The translations under genes and the position numbers were made by a program. From Candidatus Pyrohabitans jungbluthii (GTDB lineage: Archaea; Hydrothermarchaeota; Hydrothermarchaeia; Hydrothermarchaeales; BMS3B), in NCBI GenBank assembly GCA_002010065.2, contig MTMD02000008.1:288001-352000 (forward strand): DNA of 64,000 nucleotides. The letters are read 5' to 3'. How positions within the stretch are numbered: the stretch's first letter is position 1; the number at the start of each line of letters is the position of its first letter. The notes beneath the pieces were generated by a model. The model worked only from the letters and a program-made list of their open reading frames with translations, searched no databases and was not told where the DNA came from. Below, in pieces: positions 28,707 to 37,835 of the stretch.

Positions 28707-29777
28707 CTAATGGTGACTCGGCGTCGGGGCTTTTTTATTTACCGCAGCCGCGTCCCTGACCTTCTTGAAAATCACACCTATCGCGAGCAGCGCACCACCG
28801 AAGAGCAAAGCCATGCTGACGAGACTAAGCACATGGCCAGTGCCCTCACTTAAACTTATGTATCCCATCCTCCTGAGATACTCTGGTATCATCACCACTC
28901 TGCCCAGGTCGGAGGTTGCTATCACCGTCACCAGCGCCATCTTTGCCACGCGCTGCTCCACTATCTCAGTGGCTATCGCCCCAATCTGCACACCTATGAG
29001 GGAGCCCAGGTAGAGAAGCACCACAAGGCGTAGGTCCACATAACCGCGAAGAGCGTAGTTTATCGCTCCCCAGGCGCCTGAGAATATTGCCAAGAAAAGC
29101 TCAGTGCCAGCTGCCACGCGGGTGCTTATCCCAAGCAGGTAGATCATCGCAGGCACGCCTATGAAGCCACCTACACCTATTGTGCCAGCAAGGTAACCTG
29201 TGGCGAAGGCAACTATGAGGGGGAACCACAGTGAGACAGTTATCCTGGCAACATCAAAGTGCACCATTGGTGGGAGCTTAATACTCTGAATCTTCTTCGC
29301 AAGCTCTGAGCTTCCTGACTTAGTCTCCTTCTCACCCCTCCGCAGGTCTCTGATAATAACGATGGTTATGGCGGTGAGCACTATTATGAAGATGGCGCTG
29401 ATATACAGGTTAGAGGCAGCCTTGCCCATGGACTCGAAGATGTGGGAGTTGACCTTTACTGCCGCCTGGACGCCGGCAAGCAACCCTATTACCATCATTA
29501 TCGCCAGCTTTTTATCCACGTGCCCAAGCTCGCCGTGGCTGCGAGAGCCGACGATAGCCTTGCCAAATTTGTGGGTTATGTTGGAACCGACGGCAAGTAT
29601 ACCTGGCACACCAAGGTTCATCATGCCAGGGGTCATTATGAATGCACCCCCGCTGCCCAGGAAGCCGCTCAGCGTGCCGCCTATAAAACCCAGAAGAGCT
29701 ACAGCTAATGCTTTGCCAAGGGTGAGGTCTATAAACTCAACCTCAAAACCACTGGGTGGTGGTACAAACCCGCCCAT
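28707..29777 (-). CDS. TauE/SafE (TSUP) family sulfite/sulfur-compound exporter
   Basis: Duplicated Gly-rich motifs SGFLGSGGAFIMTP and AGTIGVGGFIGVP, plus AAGTELF. Confidence 0.9.
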   Translation of the reverse strand: MGGFVPPPSGFEVEFIDLTLGKALAVALLGFIGGTLSGFLGSGGAFIMTPGMMNLGVPGILAVGSNITHKFGKAIVGSRSHGELGHVDKKLAIMMVIGLLAGVQAAVKVNSHIFESMGKAASNLYISAIFIIVLTAITIVIIRDLRRGEKETKSGSSELAKKIQSIKLPPMVHFDVARITVSLWFPLIVAFATGYLAGTIGVGGFIGVPAMIYLLGISTRVAAGTELFLAIFSGAWGAINYALRGYVDLRLVVLLYLGSLIGVQIGAIATEIVEQRVAKMALVTVIATSDLGRVVMIPEYLRRMGYISLSEGTGHVLSLVSMALLFGGALLAIGVIFKKVRDAAAVNKKAPTPSHH

Positions 29778-29790
29778 TCAAGTCGCCTCC

Positions 29791-30396
29791 TCAGTGCGCT
29801 TTTGGCTTAATGCCCAGGTACTTCAAAGCGTGGGCAATTGTATTGCCGTATATGTATGCCACCGCAAGCACTGTACCGAGAATGAGAGCCACTGAAACAA
29901 AGCTCTTCTGAGTGAGTATTCCCTTGATTACCCCGAAGGATGTGAATATCGCCGCATATAGCAAGAATGCCGCCGCTCCGTAGGCTGCAGAGACTCTGAG
30001 CTCCTTTTTCCTCGGGTTGGGATACTCCACCTGCAGCCCAATTATATCCTTCTTGAGGTGCTTAGCCAGCTTTGAATCTGTGAGAAAAACAACCTCTGGC
30101 TTAAGTGCATTTACCTCCTTGGATAAGCGCTCAGTTGAGCAAACCCGCACGAGAGGCTCAGCCTCTATATCACGCTTTTCAAAGGCTGGAGCAAGCCTCT
30201 TCAGCAGGCTTTTCGCATTATCCAAGTCCTCAGCCGACTCCACCACGTACAGTAACGTTGCCCTGTTCCTCATGCCTGTCTTGGCATGCCTGCTCAGCCA
30301 CTCAGCGCAGAATTCTGCAAACTCTAGCGCAAAAGCAGAATCACCAGCATCTAAAGCGGTATTCACCACAACAACTGCGTTTCTCTCCATGTTCAC
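29791..30396 (-). CDS. Degenerate USP-like domain fused to two C-terminal TM helices
   Basis: AVVVVN...ATLLYVVE USP-type beta strands without the GS motif; ends in two hydrophobic helices (..YIYGNTIAHALKYLGIK). Confidence 0.7.
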   Translation of the reverse strand: MNMERNAVVVVNTALDAGDSAFALEFAEFCAEWLSRHAKTGMRNRATLLYVVESAEDLDNAKSLLKRLAPAFEKRDIEAEPLVRVCSTERLSKEVNALKPEVVFLTDSKLAKHLKKDIIGLQVEYPNPRKKELRVSAAYGAAAFLLYAAIFTSFGVIKGILTQKSFVSVALILGTVLAVAYIYGNTIAHALKYLGIKPKAH

Positions 30397-30405
30397 AGCC
30401 CTCCT

Positions 30406-30909
30406 TTAACTCTGCTCCAGCGCCGCACTGGCGCTGAGCCTCTTTATCCTAGAAGAAAGAGTGAGTGCAATCTTGTCGGTGAACCTCAGCAGCTTGGGTT
30501 TGAACACCACCACAGGACAGGGAGCGCGCTTTATCACCTCTTCAATCACGCTTGCTGCAAGCACCCTAGACAAGCCTGCTCTACCGTCGGTGCTCATAAG
30601 TATGGCAAAAGCTCCAGTCTCCCTTGCCTCGCGCACTATCTCCCTGGCGAGCCTTCCCGCTTTCAGCTTGATTTTTGCCTCTATCCCGTGCTGCGCAAAC
30701 TCTTCTGCTAGCTCCCTTAGCTGAGCCTCTTTAATCCTCATGTCCTCCAGCACGGGTGTGGCTGCCTCCATATCATGAACCTCTGCGACGTAGAGCAGCG
30801 TAGCTTTAACATTTCCGCTCAACTTATTCGTCCACTCCACTATGTTAGGCAGAGCCTTTCTCAACACCCTTACATCGGTGACCGCAATTACCACATTTTT
30901 ATCGGTCAT
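30406..30909 (-). CDS. Universal stress protein
   Basis: VVIAVTD, TLLYVAE and AILMSTDGRAGLSRVLAASVIEEVIKRAPCPVVV. Confidence 0.88.
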   Translation of the reverse strand: MTDKNVVIAVTDVRVLRKALPNIVEWTNKLSGNVKATLLYVAEVHDMEAATPVLEDMRIKEAQLRELAEEFAQHGIEAKIKLKAGRLAREIVREARETGAFAILMSTDGRAGLSRVLAASVIEEVIKRAPCPVVVFKPKLLRFTDKIALTLSSRIKRLSASAALEQS

Positions 30910-30970
30910 TCCTCAAATCCTCCAAATTTAATTTAAATTATACTAAAAACAACGTAGTATTTATTTATTT

Positions 30971-31054
30971 TCCAAATATTTTAAAGAAAAAATCTTAAAA
31001 CCGTCCCAAAAATATTTGAAACTTTTCCCAACTCTCTCCCAACATCTACCAAAC
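30971..31054. promoter_or_regulatory. 11-bp-phased TCC(C/A)AA operator-like array
   Basis: TCCAAA 30971, TCCCAA 31004, TCCCAA 31026, TCCCAA 31037 and ACCAAA 31048; all offsets are multiples of 11. Confidence 0.55.
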
Positions 31055-31069
31055 TGGCTGGTGCTGCTC

Positions 31070-31363
31070 CTATCTGGTGCTCAGGTAGATGAAGATAGAG
31101 AGCGCAAGGGTTTCAAAGACATCTGCTATGAGCCTGTAGTGGTCCACCACGTTGGAAGTTTCCACACCGAACACAAACACCTTTATAATTGGCGCTGCAA
31201 AAAATGTTCTGAAGAACAGCGCCAGGGCGAAGAGCAGAAAACCCAGGGTGAAGGTGGACTTTAGCTCAAGGTAACGCTTAAAAAAGATGTAAACCAATAC
31301 GCTGAGAATGGCGAGGTTTATTATGCTGAACACCAGCCTTGCGGTAAGAATAAAGTCTTCCAT
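31070..31363 (-). CDS. Small 3-TM membrane protein divergent from the ArsR-like regulator
   Basis: MEDFILTARLVFSIINLAIL...KSTFTLGFLLFA...ETLALSIFIYLSTR. Start ATG 31363 avoids overlap with the regulator. Confidence 0.75.
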   Translation of the reverse strand: MEDFILTARLVFSIINLAILSVLVYIFFKRYLELKSTFTLGFLLFALALFFRTFFAAPIIKVFVFGVETSNVVDHYRLIADVFETLALSIFIYLSTR

Positions 31364-31436
31364 ATCCTTCAGGAAAGAGATGTTGAGGATTAATATATAA
31401 GCTTTATCGTATAGATTGTGCAACAGGTAGTTGACC

Positions 31437-31730
31437 ATGAATAAAAAGCTCCTCTGGTGGATTTTCGGCGTGACCAAGGGCGGGGTTGTGAGAGCAAAAA
31501 TAGTAAAGATACTCCACGAGAGGCCTAGCAACGCCAATCAAATAGCCCAGAAGCTCAAGATGGACTACACAACCGTGAGATACCACCTGAATATCCTGTT
31601 AAAGCACGGGATAGTTGAAACCTCAGAGCACACCTACATAGTTATGTACTTTCTCACCGACAAGATGCTGGAGCACTGGGATGAGTTTCTCAAGATTTAC
31701 GAGAAGATCACAGGAGGAGGGAAAGAATGA
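31437..31730 (+). CDS. ArsR-like winged-HTH transcriptional regulator
   Basis: LLWWIFGVTKGGVVRAKIVKIL..PSNANQIAQKLKMDYTTVRYHLNIL HTH. Confidence 0.88.
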   Translation: MNKKLLWWIFGVTKGGVVRAKIVKILHERPSNANQIAQKLKMDYTTVRYHLNILLKHGIVETSEHTYIVMYFLTDKMLEHWDEFLKIYEKITGGGKE

Positions 31731-32182
31731 AAATACTCGTGCCTACCGACGGCTCCTGGGCGGCATATGCCGCGGAGAAGTATGCCGTGGAGCTCTGCCG
31801 CAGATGTGGGGGTAAGATTATTGCGCTCCACGTGTATGACCCGGAAATCTCCCTGGAAACCTGGAAGGTGAAGATAAAGAGAGAGCTTCTAGGGAGGATG
31901 CAGACAGAAAGTGACACCCTTGAGATCGTCGATAGGGTGAAGAAGCTGGGGGAGGAAAAGGGCGTAGAAGTGGAGAGTGTCATAATAAAGGGGAAGGGCA
32001 GGCCTTCGGATGAGATTATAAAGTTTGTGAATCAGCAAGGCGATATTGACCTCATAGTAATTGCACCCACCGGGAAGAGCCACCTCTTCAAGCTGTTTCT
32101 CGGGAGTACCACCGAAGCTTTGATAAGCGAACTGGGAAGGCTTCTGCGCGTTCCTGTGCTTGTTGTTCCAAAGCCTGAGTAG
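31727..32182 (+). CDS. Universal stress protein
   Basis: KILVPTDGS, DLIVIAPTGKSHLFKLFLGSTT and VPVLVV. ATGA-coupled to the regulator. Confidence 0.9.
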   Translation: MKILVPTDGSWAAYAAEKYAVELCRRCGGKIIALHVYDPEISLETWKVKIKRELLGRMQTESDTLEIVDRVKKLGEEKGVEVESVIIKGKGRPSDEIIKFVNQQGDIDLIVIAPTGKSHLFKLFLGSTTEALISELGRLLRVPVLVVPKPE

Positions 32183-32252
32183 GTAACAGAGGGGGTATGC
32201 GCATTTTTGCAAAACCATTAGTAAAATTTAAATATTGCAATGGTTATCATTT

Positions 32253-32281
32253 TCCCGATTGTTTCCAAAATTTATCCAAAC
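32253..32281. promoter_or_regulatory. Second 11-bp-phased TCC(C/A)(G/A)A array upstream of sulP
   Basis: TCCCGA 32253, TCCAAA 32264 and TCCAAA 32275, just downstream of a TTTAAATA box. Confidence 0.5.
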
Positions 32282-32433
32282 TCCTCTAGGAGGTAGATAG
32301 GAACGTTTGTTTTATGGTCCCAGGCATCGAATATTAGTGTTTATAAGGTGCACAAAGGGTTTGGTTTTGTCCCCTTCGCTGCGCGTGCTGAAGTCTCTGA
32401 GCTTGCTTCAAAACTCCATGAGGTGGTTGTACA

Positions 32434-34155
32434 ATGAACCTAGAGAAAGTGATTCCTGCGATTTCCTGGTTGAAGAACTATAAATCCAGGTATTTCTATT
32501 TTGACCTTATTTCTGGGATAAACCTTGGTGTAAGCATGATACCCAAGGCTATGGCCTACGCTTTAGTCGCGGGTTTGCCGCCGATTTACGGCTTATATGC
32601 AAGCTTCGTGGCACCCCTTGTGGCGATACTCTTCGGGAGCAACAAGCTCTTATTCACAGGTCCGGTTGGCGTCATGACCGTCCTGGTTTTCACCGCCCTC
32701 TCGCCTCTTGCTGAGCCGGGCACCCAGGAGTACATAAACTTGGCGGCAATGCTATCCCTGATAGTCGGGTTCCTAATTCTGCTCATAGCCCTGCTTCGCT
32801 TCACCTTCATTCTAAACCTCATATCACACGCAGCGGTTATAGGCTTTGTAAATGCAGCAGCGCTTATAATCACAGCGACGCAGCTCAAGTACATCTTTGG
32901 CGTTCACGTACCCAAAGAAGAGTACGTCATAATGATGTTCCTGGAGATATTCAAGAGCATCCCCGAAACAAACCTGTACGTGTTTGCTTTGTCAGTAGTC
33001 GCCTTTGCCTCAATAATTTTCCTTCACAAGCGCTATCCAAAGCTCCCTGAAACGCTTATAGTGCTGGTCACTTTAACCCTGCTGGTCTACTTCATGAACC
33101 TGGAGGAGAAGGGTGTTGAACTCGTGGGCAGCCTGCCCCAGGGGTTGCCAATGCCCACCCTGCCAGGGGTGGACCTCTCAAGGTTGGGAGCGCTTATCGC
33201 CTCCGCTGTTGTCATAGCTATAGTTGGCATGACTGAGACCTACTCCATCTCGAAGATCGTAGCCTACAACACAAAGCAGAAGGTAGACTTCAACCAGGAA
33301 TTTATAGGCCAAGGGCTTGCGAACATAGTCACGGCGTTCTTCAGGGGCTACCCTGTGTGCGGTAGCTTCTCCGGCACAAGCGTCAACTGGTCCAGTGGTG
33401 CGCGCACCGGCGTATCCATAATAATCTTCAGCATACTCGCCCTTCTCTCCATAACAGTGCTCACGCCGGTGTTCTACTACCTGCCCAAGTTTATGCTGGC
33501 TGTGATTGTGATACTCGCAGTGATTAAGCTGTTCCAGCCAAAGCAGCTTGTGGAGATATACAGGATAAATAAGTACGACGGCATCGTCGCCTTCACAACC
33601 TTTGCAGTCTCTCTTCTGACGAAACCCGATGACGGGATAATCGTCGGCGTTGTGCTCGCGTTGGCGCTTTACGTGTGGAAGACCATGCACACCCGCGTAT
33701 ATTTCATCACCAAGGACAAGGAGACCGGCTACTTCATCGCCTGCCCGGAGCTGGAAAACTCTGAGTGCGAGCAGCTCCTCATCCTGAAGCCCGAAGGCCC
33801 ATTCATCTATGTGAATGCGGAGCACATGCGAGACGAAATCCTCCGCCTGGTGGGCAGCCATAAAAAAGCGAGATGTGTGATCCTCGACATGGCGGCGGTG
33901 TACTACATGGATACCTCGGGCATAGATGCTTTGAAGGACCTTATTGAAGAGCTGCACAAGAAGAATGTGAAGCTTCTGCTGATACACGTGGAGGACGAGG
34001 TGCTGGATGCAATCGCAAAGGAAGGCTTAATAGAGCAGCTAGAAGTCCATGAGACCAAGAAAGAGGCGATTTCCAGCGCATTCAAATACCTTGACAAAAG
34101 TATATGTAAGGAATGTGACAAAGATATATTCAGCGAGTGCAAAGAGAGGAGGTGA
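32434..34155 (+). CDS. SulP/SLC26 anion (sulfate) transporter with STAS domain
   Basis: IPKAMAYALVAGLPPIYGLYA, NQEFIGQGLAN, GSFSGT and STAS DMAAVYYMDTSG; Cys-rich C-terminus. Confidence 0.93.
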   Translation: MNLEKVIPAISWLKNYKSRYFYFDLISGINLGVSMIPKAMAYALVAGLPPIYGLYASFVAPLVAILFGSNKLLFTGPVGVMTVLVFTALSPLAEPGTQEYINLAAMLSLIVGFLILLIALLRFTFILNLISHAAVIGFVNAAALIITATQLKYIFGVHVPKEEYVIMMFLEIFKSIPETNLYVFALSVVAFASIIFLHKRYPKLPETLIVLVTLTLLVYFMNLEEKGVELVGSLPQGLPMPTLPGVDLSRLGALIASAVVIAIVGMTETYSISKIVAYNTKQKVDFNQEFIGQGLANIVTAFFRGYPVCGSFSGTSVNWSSGARTGVSIIIFSILALLSITVLTPVFYYLPKFMLAVIVILAVIKLFQPKQLVEIYRINKYDGIVAFTTFAVSLLTKPDDGIIVGVVLALALYVWKTMHTRVYFITKDKETGYFIACPELENSECEQLLILKPEGPFIYVNAEHMRDEILRLVGSHKKARCVILDMAAVYYMDTSGIDALKDLIEELHKKNVKLLLIHVEDEVLDAIAKEGLIEQLEVHETKKEAISSAFKYLDKSICKECDKDIFSECKERR

Positions 34156-34922
34156 CCTTTTTGAATATACTGCTCTTGGTGTGCCCCCCCTATTCAGAGA
34201 TTGAAAAGCTCCTCAAGGTTGCTGAGAAGATCGGCGCCGCCCTAGGGGGCAAGATAACAGCGCTGTGCGTGAGGAGCGAAATTGCGCAGAAGTACTACTC
34301 ACCCTTCAGCATCCAGCTCGGGAAGGTGGATAAAGAAGAGGAGAAAAAGGTATTTGAGGAGATAACCCGGGTGCTGGGGGATGAGGTTGTGAAGATGAGC
34401 CGCGGCGGAGAGTTGGTCTCCCAGGTGCTCGATGAGATTGAGAAAGGCGGTTACAACATGCTCATCTTTGGGGATGTAGACAAGAAGCTGACAAAGAAGA
34501 TTGCTGAGTACTCCCACGTTCCCACCTTTATATACCGGCGCGGCGAGCAGCTTTCTCGCTTTCTGGTGTGCACCGATGGGAGTGAGCACTCCCTTCGCGC
34601 TGCGCGTTTCGCCGGCAAGCTTGCAAAGGCTATGAAGGCGAAGCTTACCCTCCTCTCTGTGGCCAAAAGTGAAGAAGAGCGCTCATTCGCGGAGGAGGCG
34701 ATACGCAAGGCAAAGGAGGCGCTGGCAGAGGTATCCGTCAGCGAAGTGGAGGAAAAAATTGGAATCGGTAGGGTGAGGGAGGTCATCCTCGCAGAAGAGA
34801 AAGACTACGACCTGCTCGCACTCGCTCCTCGTGGGCTGAGCAAGCTGGAGCGAGTGGTGCTGGGGCATGTCTCTCTGCATGTTCTCGAAAAAGCGGAGAG
34901 CAACATCCTGCTCGTCCGTTAA
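34152..34922 (+). CDS. Tandem-domain universal stress protein
   Basis: Two USP domains; second has LVCTDGS and APRGLSKLERVVLGHVS. GTG 34152 overlaps the sulP stop. Confidence 0.88.
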   Translation: MTFLNILLLVCPPYSEIEKLLKVAEKIGAALGGKITALCVRSEIAQKYYSPFSIQLGKVDKEEEKKVFEEITRVLGDEVVKMSRGGELVSQVLDEIEKGGYNMLIFGDVDKKLTKKIAEYSHVPTFIYRRGEQLSRFLVCTDGSEHSLRAARFAGKLAKAMKAKLTLLSVAKSEEERSFAEEAIRKAKEALAEVSVSEVEEKIGIGRVREVILAEEKDYDLLALAPRGLSKLERVVLGHVSLHVLEKAESNILLVR

Positions 34923-34927
34923 GTTTT

Positions 34928-35770
34928 TTATTCCAGTTCTGGGCAGCTCTTAACTATAAACACATTTGTCTCTGCATGTGCTACCAGCGCCAGGGAGACA
35001 TGTCCCATTAGCAAACGCTGGAGCTTGCTCAAGCCGCGGGAGCCGAGGAGCACCAGGTCGTAATTTTTGGTCTCTTCCAGTATAGAATCCCTAACCTTGC
35101 CCACCTTCACCTGAGTCTCTGCCTCAACCCCATGCTTCTTTGCTATATCTACACCTTCCTCCACATTTTTCTCTGCAATTTCCCTGAGCCCCACTTCCCT
35201 TGCCACTGAAAGCAGCGTGAGCTTTGCATTCATATTCTTAGCGAGGTAGGCGCCCAGCTTCACAGCACAGTTCGCAAGCTTGGAGCCGTCGGTGCACACC
35301 AGCATGTTCCGAATCTCAGCCTCCTTCCTCACTACGAGAACAGGTGCCTTGGAGTACTCCGCCACCTTGCTTGAGACGCTGCCGAGTATTGAACGCTGGA
35401 CTCCGGTGCTACCTGAAGTGCCAACTGCGGCGAAGTCGTAGTTGCCAGTTTCAATCTCCTGCACAATCTCCCTGGCGGGGTCTCCAACGACGTATTTCGT
35501 CTCAACCTTTATTCCGTACTCACCCAAGGTTGTGCTCACCCTCTCAAAGACCTTCTCCGCAACCCACTCAACACCGAACATATTTGCTATGGTCTCACCC
35601 TTTGGTCCGGCAGGAATGTTCAGCAGCGAGAAGTACCTCTTTGGCACCTCCGGAGCAACGTATATAGCTGTGGCTTCTCCACCCAGAGCCTTAATAACCT
35701 GCCCCGAAACCACAAGCAGGCTGTGCAGATGCTCCGCGGGGTACACACCCAGCAAAAATCTCGTTCTCAT
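34928..35770 (-). CDS. Tandem-domain universal stress protein
   Basis: GTSGSTGVQRSILGSVS and GSRGLSKLQRLLMGHVS. Start ATG 35770 just after the DASS gene stop. Confidence 0.9.
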   Translation of the reverse strand: MRTRFLLGVYPAEHLHSLLVVSGQVIKALGGEATAIYVAPEVPKRYFSLLNIPAGPKGETIANMFGVEWVAEKVFERVSTTLGEYGIKVETKYVVGDPAREIVQEIETGNYDFAAVGTSGSTGVQRSILGSVSSKVAEYSKAPVLVVRKEAEIRNMLVCTDGSKLANCAVKLGAYLAKNMNAKLTLLSVAREVGLREIAEKNVEEGVDIAKKHGVEAETQVKVGKVRDSILEETKNYDLVLLGSRGLSKLQRLLMGHVSLALVAHAETNVFIVKSCPELE

Positions 35771-35771
35771 T

Positions 35772-37577
35772 TTAATAACCTCCAATACCCGCAAATTCCC
35801 TCGCTCTGTCGAGCAGGCCGTCGGGGAACCCCACAATGCTGTACACCAGCACAAATGTGAATATCCACATTATTACAAGGCTGAGCAGGAATATCCCTAC
35901 CCCGTACTTTATGAAATCACTTGCACTGAGCATGCGCTCTCCCGTGTCTGGATACCTGCCCAAGGCGTAAACTATTACGTTGTTCGGCGTACCTATCACA
36001 AGGATGTGGGCAAAGCTCGTTGCAAAGGCTGTGGCCAAGCCAACTGCCCAAGGTTCGGCAGAGTTGCCGCTCAACAAGCCCATAGGCAATGTTATTGGAC
36101 CCAGAAGCGCAGTTGTGGCAGCATCGCTCATAAAGTTGGTTATCACACCGCTGAGCAGACTAACAAAGATCCAGAGCATCAAGCCGCTGGGTTCCACGAT
36201 GCTCGACATTGTGTTCATAAAACTCCTCGCCAGCCAGAGCGCTGCACCAGTTTCCTTCATGAATGCGCCCAAGCCGAGGGCACCGATATAAACAAACCAG
36301 GCATCCCAGGCGATGCCCTTTAACATCTTCTCCCAGTTGATTATCCTCAGAAATATTGGAGCAAGCATTGCAAACAGCGACGCAGCGCCGAGACCGCCTA
36401 TCTCAAAGAGTTCACCAAAAACCCAGCCTATGATTGTTATCACCAGTATGAGTGCCACCAGCTTCTCATCCCTGCTCATCGGTCCGCGTTTTCGAATCTC
36501 CTCTTTTATCGCCTCAATGCCAGGGGTCAGGTCTCTTACCCTGGGCTTGAACACCACCATTGCGTAGACACCAACTGCAACGCCAAGCACAGGCACCATG
36601 GGTAAGCCGTAAAGCATCCACTGGGCAAAGCTCATGGGCACGCCAAAATGTTCAAAATACTGAAGCATTATGGCATTTCTCGCACCTGCTGCGGGAGAGC
36701 CCACACCGCCTACGTTCATAGCCCACGTCAGTGTTAGAAGGAGCATCTTCGCAAGCACAGGGTCGTGAACCACCTCACCGCGCTTGCTAGCAGCGCGCAC
36801 GGCGCCATAGTAGATGCTCGCCATAACAGGTGCGAGAAAAGCAGCAAGAGCGTGAGCAGATATAAAAGCGCCCACAATTGGCATTATTATAGCAATCGCA
36901 AAAATAGGTCCACGAAAGCCGTGCGCCCACCCAAGGATGGTGGCAGCAATTCGGCTGTGCAGTCCCACCTCGGAGACTATGTATCCCAGCGCTAACACAC
37001 CCAGGATGAAGAATACCGCATCTCCCATGAAGTTCTTTGCAATGTCGCTGGGGCTTGGACCGTCAAGCACAAACACATAACCTGTCATTGGAATCAGCAT
37101 TGCCGCTGCACCGATGGGCACCGCCTCTGTTGCAAAGAAGATCACAGACATCAGTACGAGAGCTACCACAACCTTCGCCTTGAATGCCGCCTCCTTGGCA
37201 ACATGGTCCAGCCAAGCGTCACTCTTTGCTATCTTGGCACGCCACTCTTCCCTGGAGAGTATGATCTCGTCGATGAGCTTTATCTTTTCATCTTCATCCT
37301 TTGCTATGGAGAGAAGCTCATCAACCTTCTCCCTGTCTTCTTCTGGCAGAGTTATCTTTCCTGTCTCGTAGAAGTAGAGGAAGTCCCTGGCATTGCCGAC
37401 AATCTTCTTCTCCACGAACATCCTCTCAGCGTACTCATTCTCCCTGACAACTTCATAGAGACCCTCAGGTGTTGGTAGTGATATAACAGCCAAAAATACA
37501 AAAAATCCAAAAGAGGTCCACATCCTCTTATGCGCCAGAAGACCACGGTGGTCGACAGTATGCTCTGCCTCTACCAT
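35772..37577 (-). CDS. DASS/SLC13 family divalent anion:sodium symporter
   Basis: FFATEAVPIG, NVGGVGSPAAGARN, TNFMSDAAT and LVIGTPNNVIVY motifs. Confidence 0.9.
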   Translation of the reverse strand: MVEAEHTVDHRGLLAHKRMWTSFGFFVFLAVISLPTPEGLYEVVRENEYAERMFVEKKIVGNARDFLYFYETGKITLPEEDREKVDELLSIAKDEDEKIKLIDEIILSREEWRAKIAKSDAWLDHVAKEAAFKAKVVVALVLMSVIFFATEAVPIGAAAMLIPMTGYVFVLDGPSPSDIAKNFMGDAVFFILGVLALGYIVSEVGLHSRIAATILGWAHGFRGPIFAIAIIMPIVGAFISAHALAAFLAPVMASIYYGAVRAASKRGEVVHDPVLAKMLLLTLTWAMNVGGVGSPAAGARNAIMLQYFEHFGVPMSFAQWMLYGLPMVPVLGVAVGVYAMVVFKPRVRDLTPGIEAIKEEIRKRGPMSRDEKLVALILVITIIGWVFGELFEIGGLGAASLFAMLAPIFLRIINWEKMLKGIAWDAWFVYIGALGLGAFMKETGAALWLARSFMNTMSSIVEPSGLMLWIFVSLLSGVITNFMSDAATTALLGPITLPMGLLSGNSAEPWAVGLATAFATSFAHILVIGTPNNVIVYALGRYPDTGERMLSASDFIKYGVGIFLLSLVIMWIFTFVLVYSIVGFPDGLLDRAREFAGIGGY

Positions 37578-37835
37578 CCAACTACCTCCTTTAGATACAA
37601 GATTACTTTTATTGCGTTAAAAATTGATTTGCGACTATTTAAATTCAGTGGTTACTGTGCCGCACGGCTCTGACAAACTTTCAAATAATAACGGATATTT
37701 TTAAAAAGCTAAAATATCTTTGGAAACGACCCATACACAGGCGGCCTATTTCGAAGCCCGGAAATACTTCCAAAACAAATATATAGTGAGACCAATTTTA
37801 TATACCAGACCAGTACATCGCGGAGAGTAGTAGGC

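Noticed and set aside
32297-32437. 46-codon reading frame ending in an ATGA overlap with sulP
   Set aside because: It begins at ATA with poor SD spacing and shows no recognisable homology. It could be a gene remnant, but this cannot be supported.
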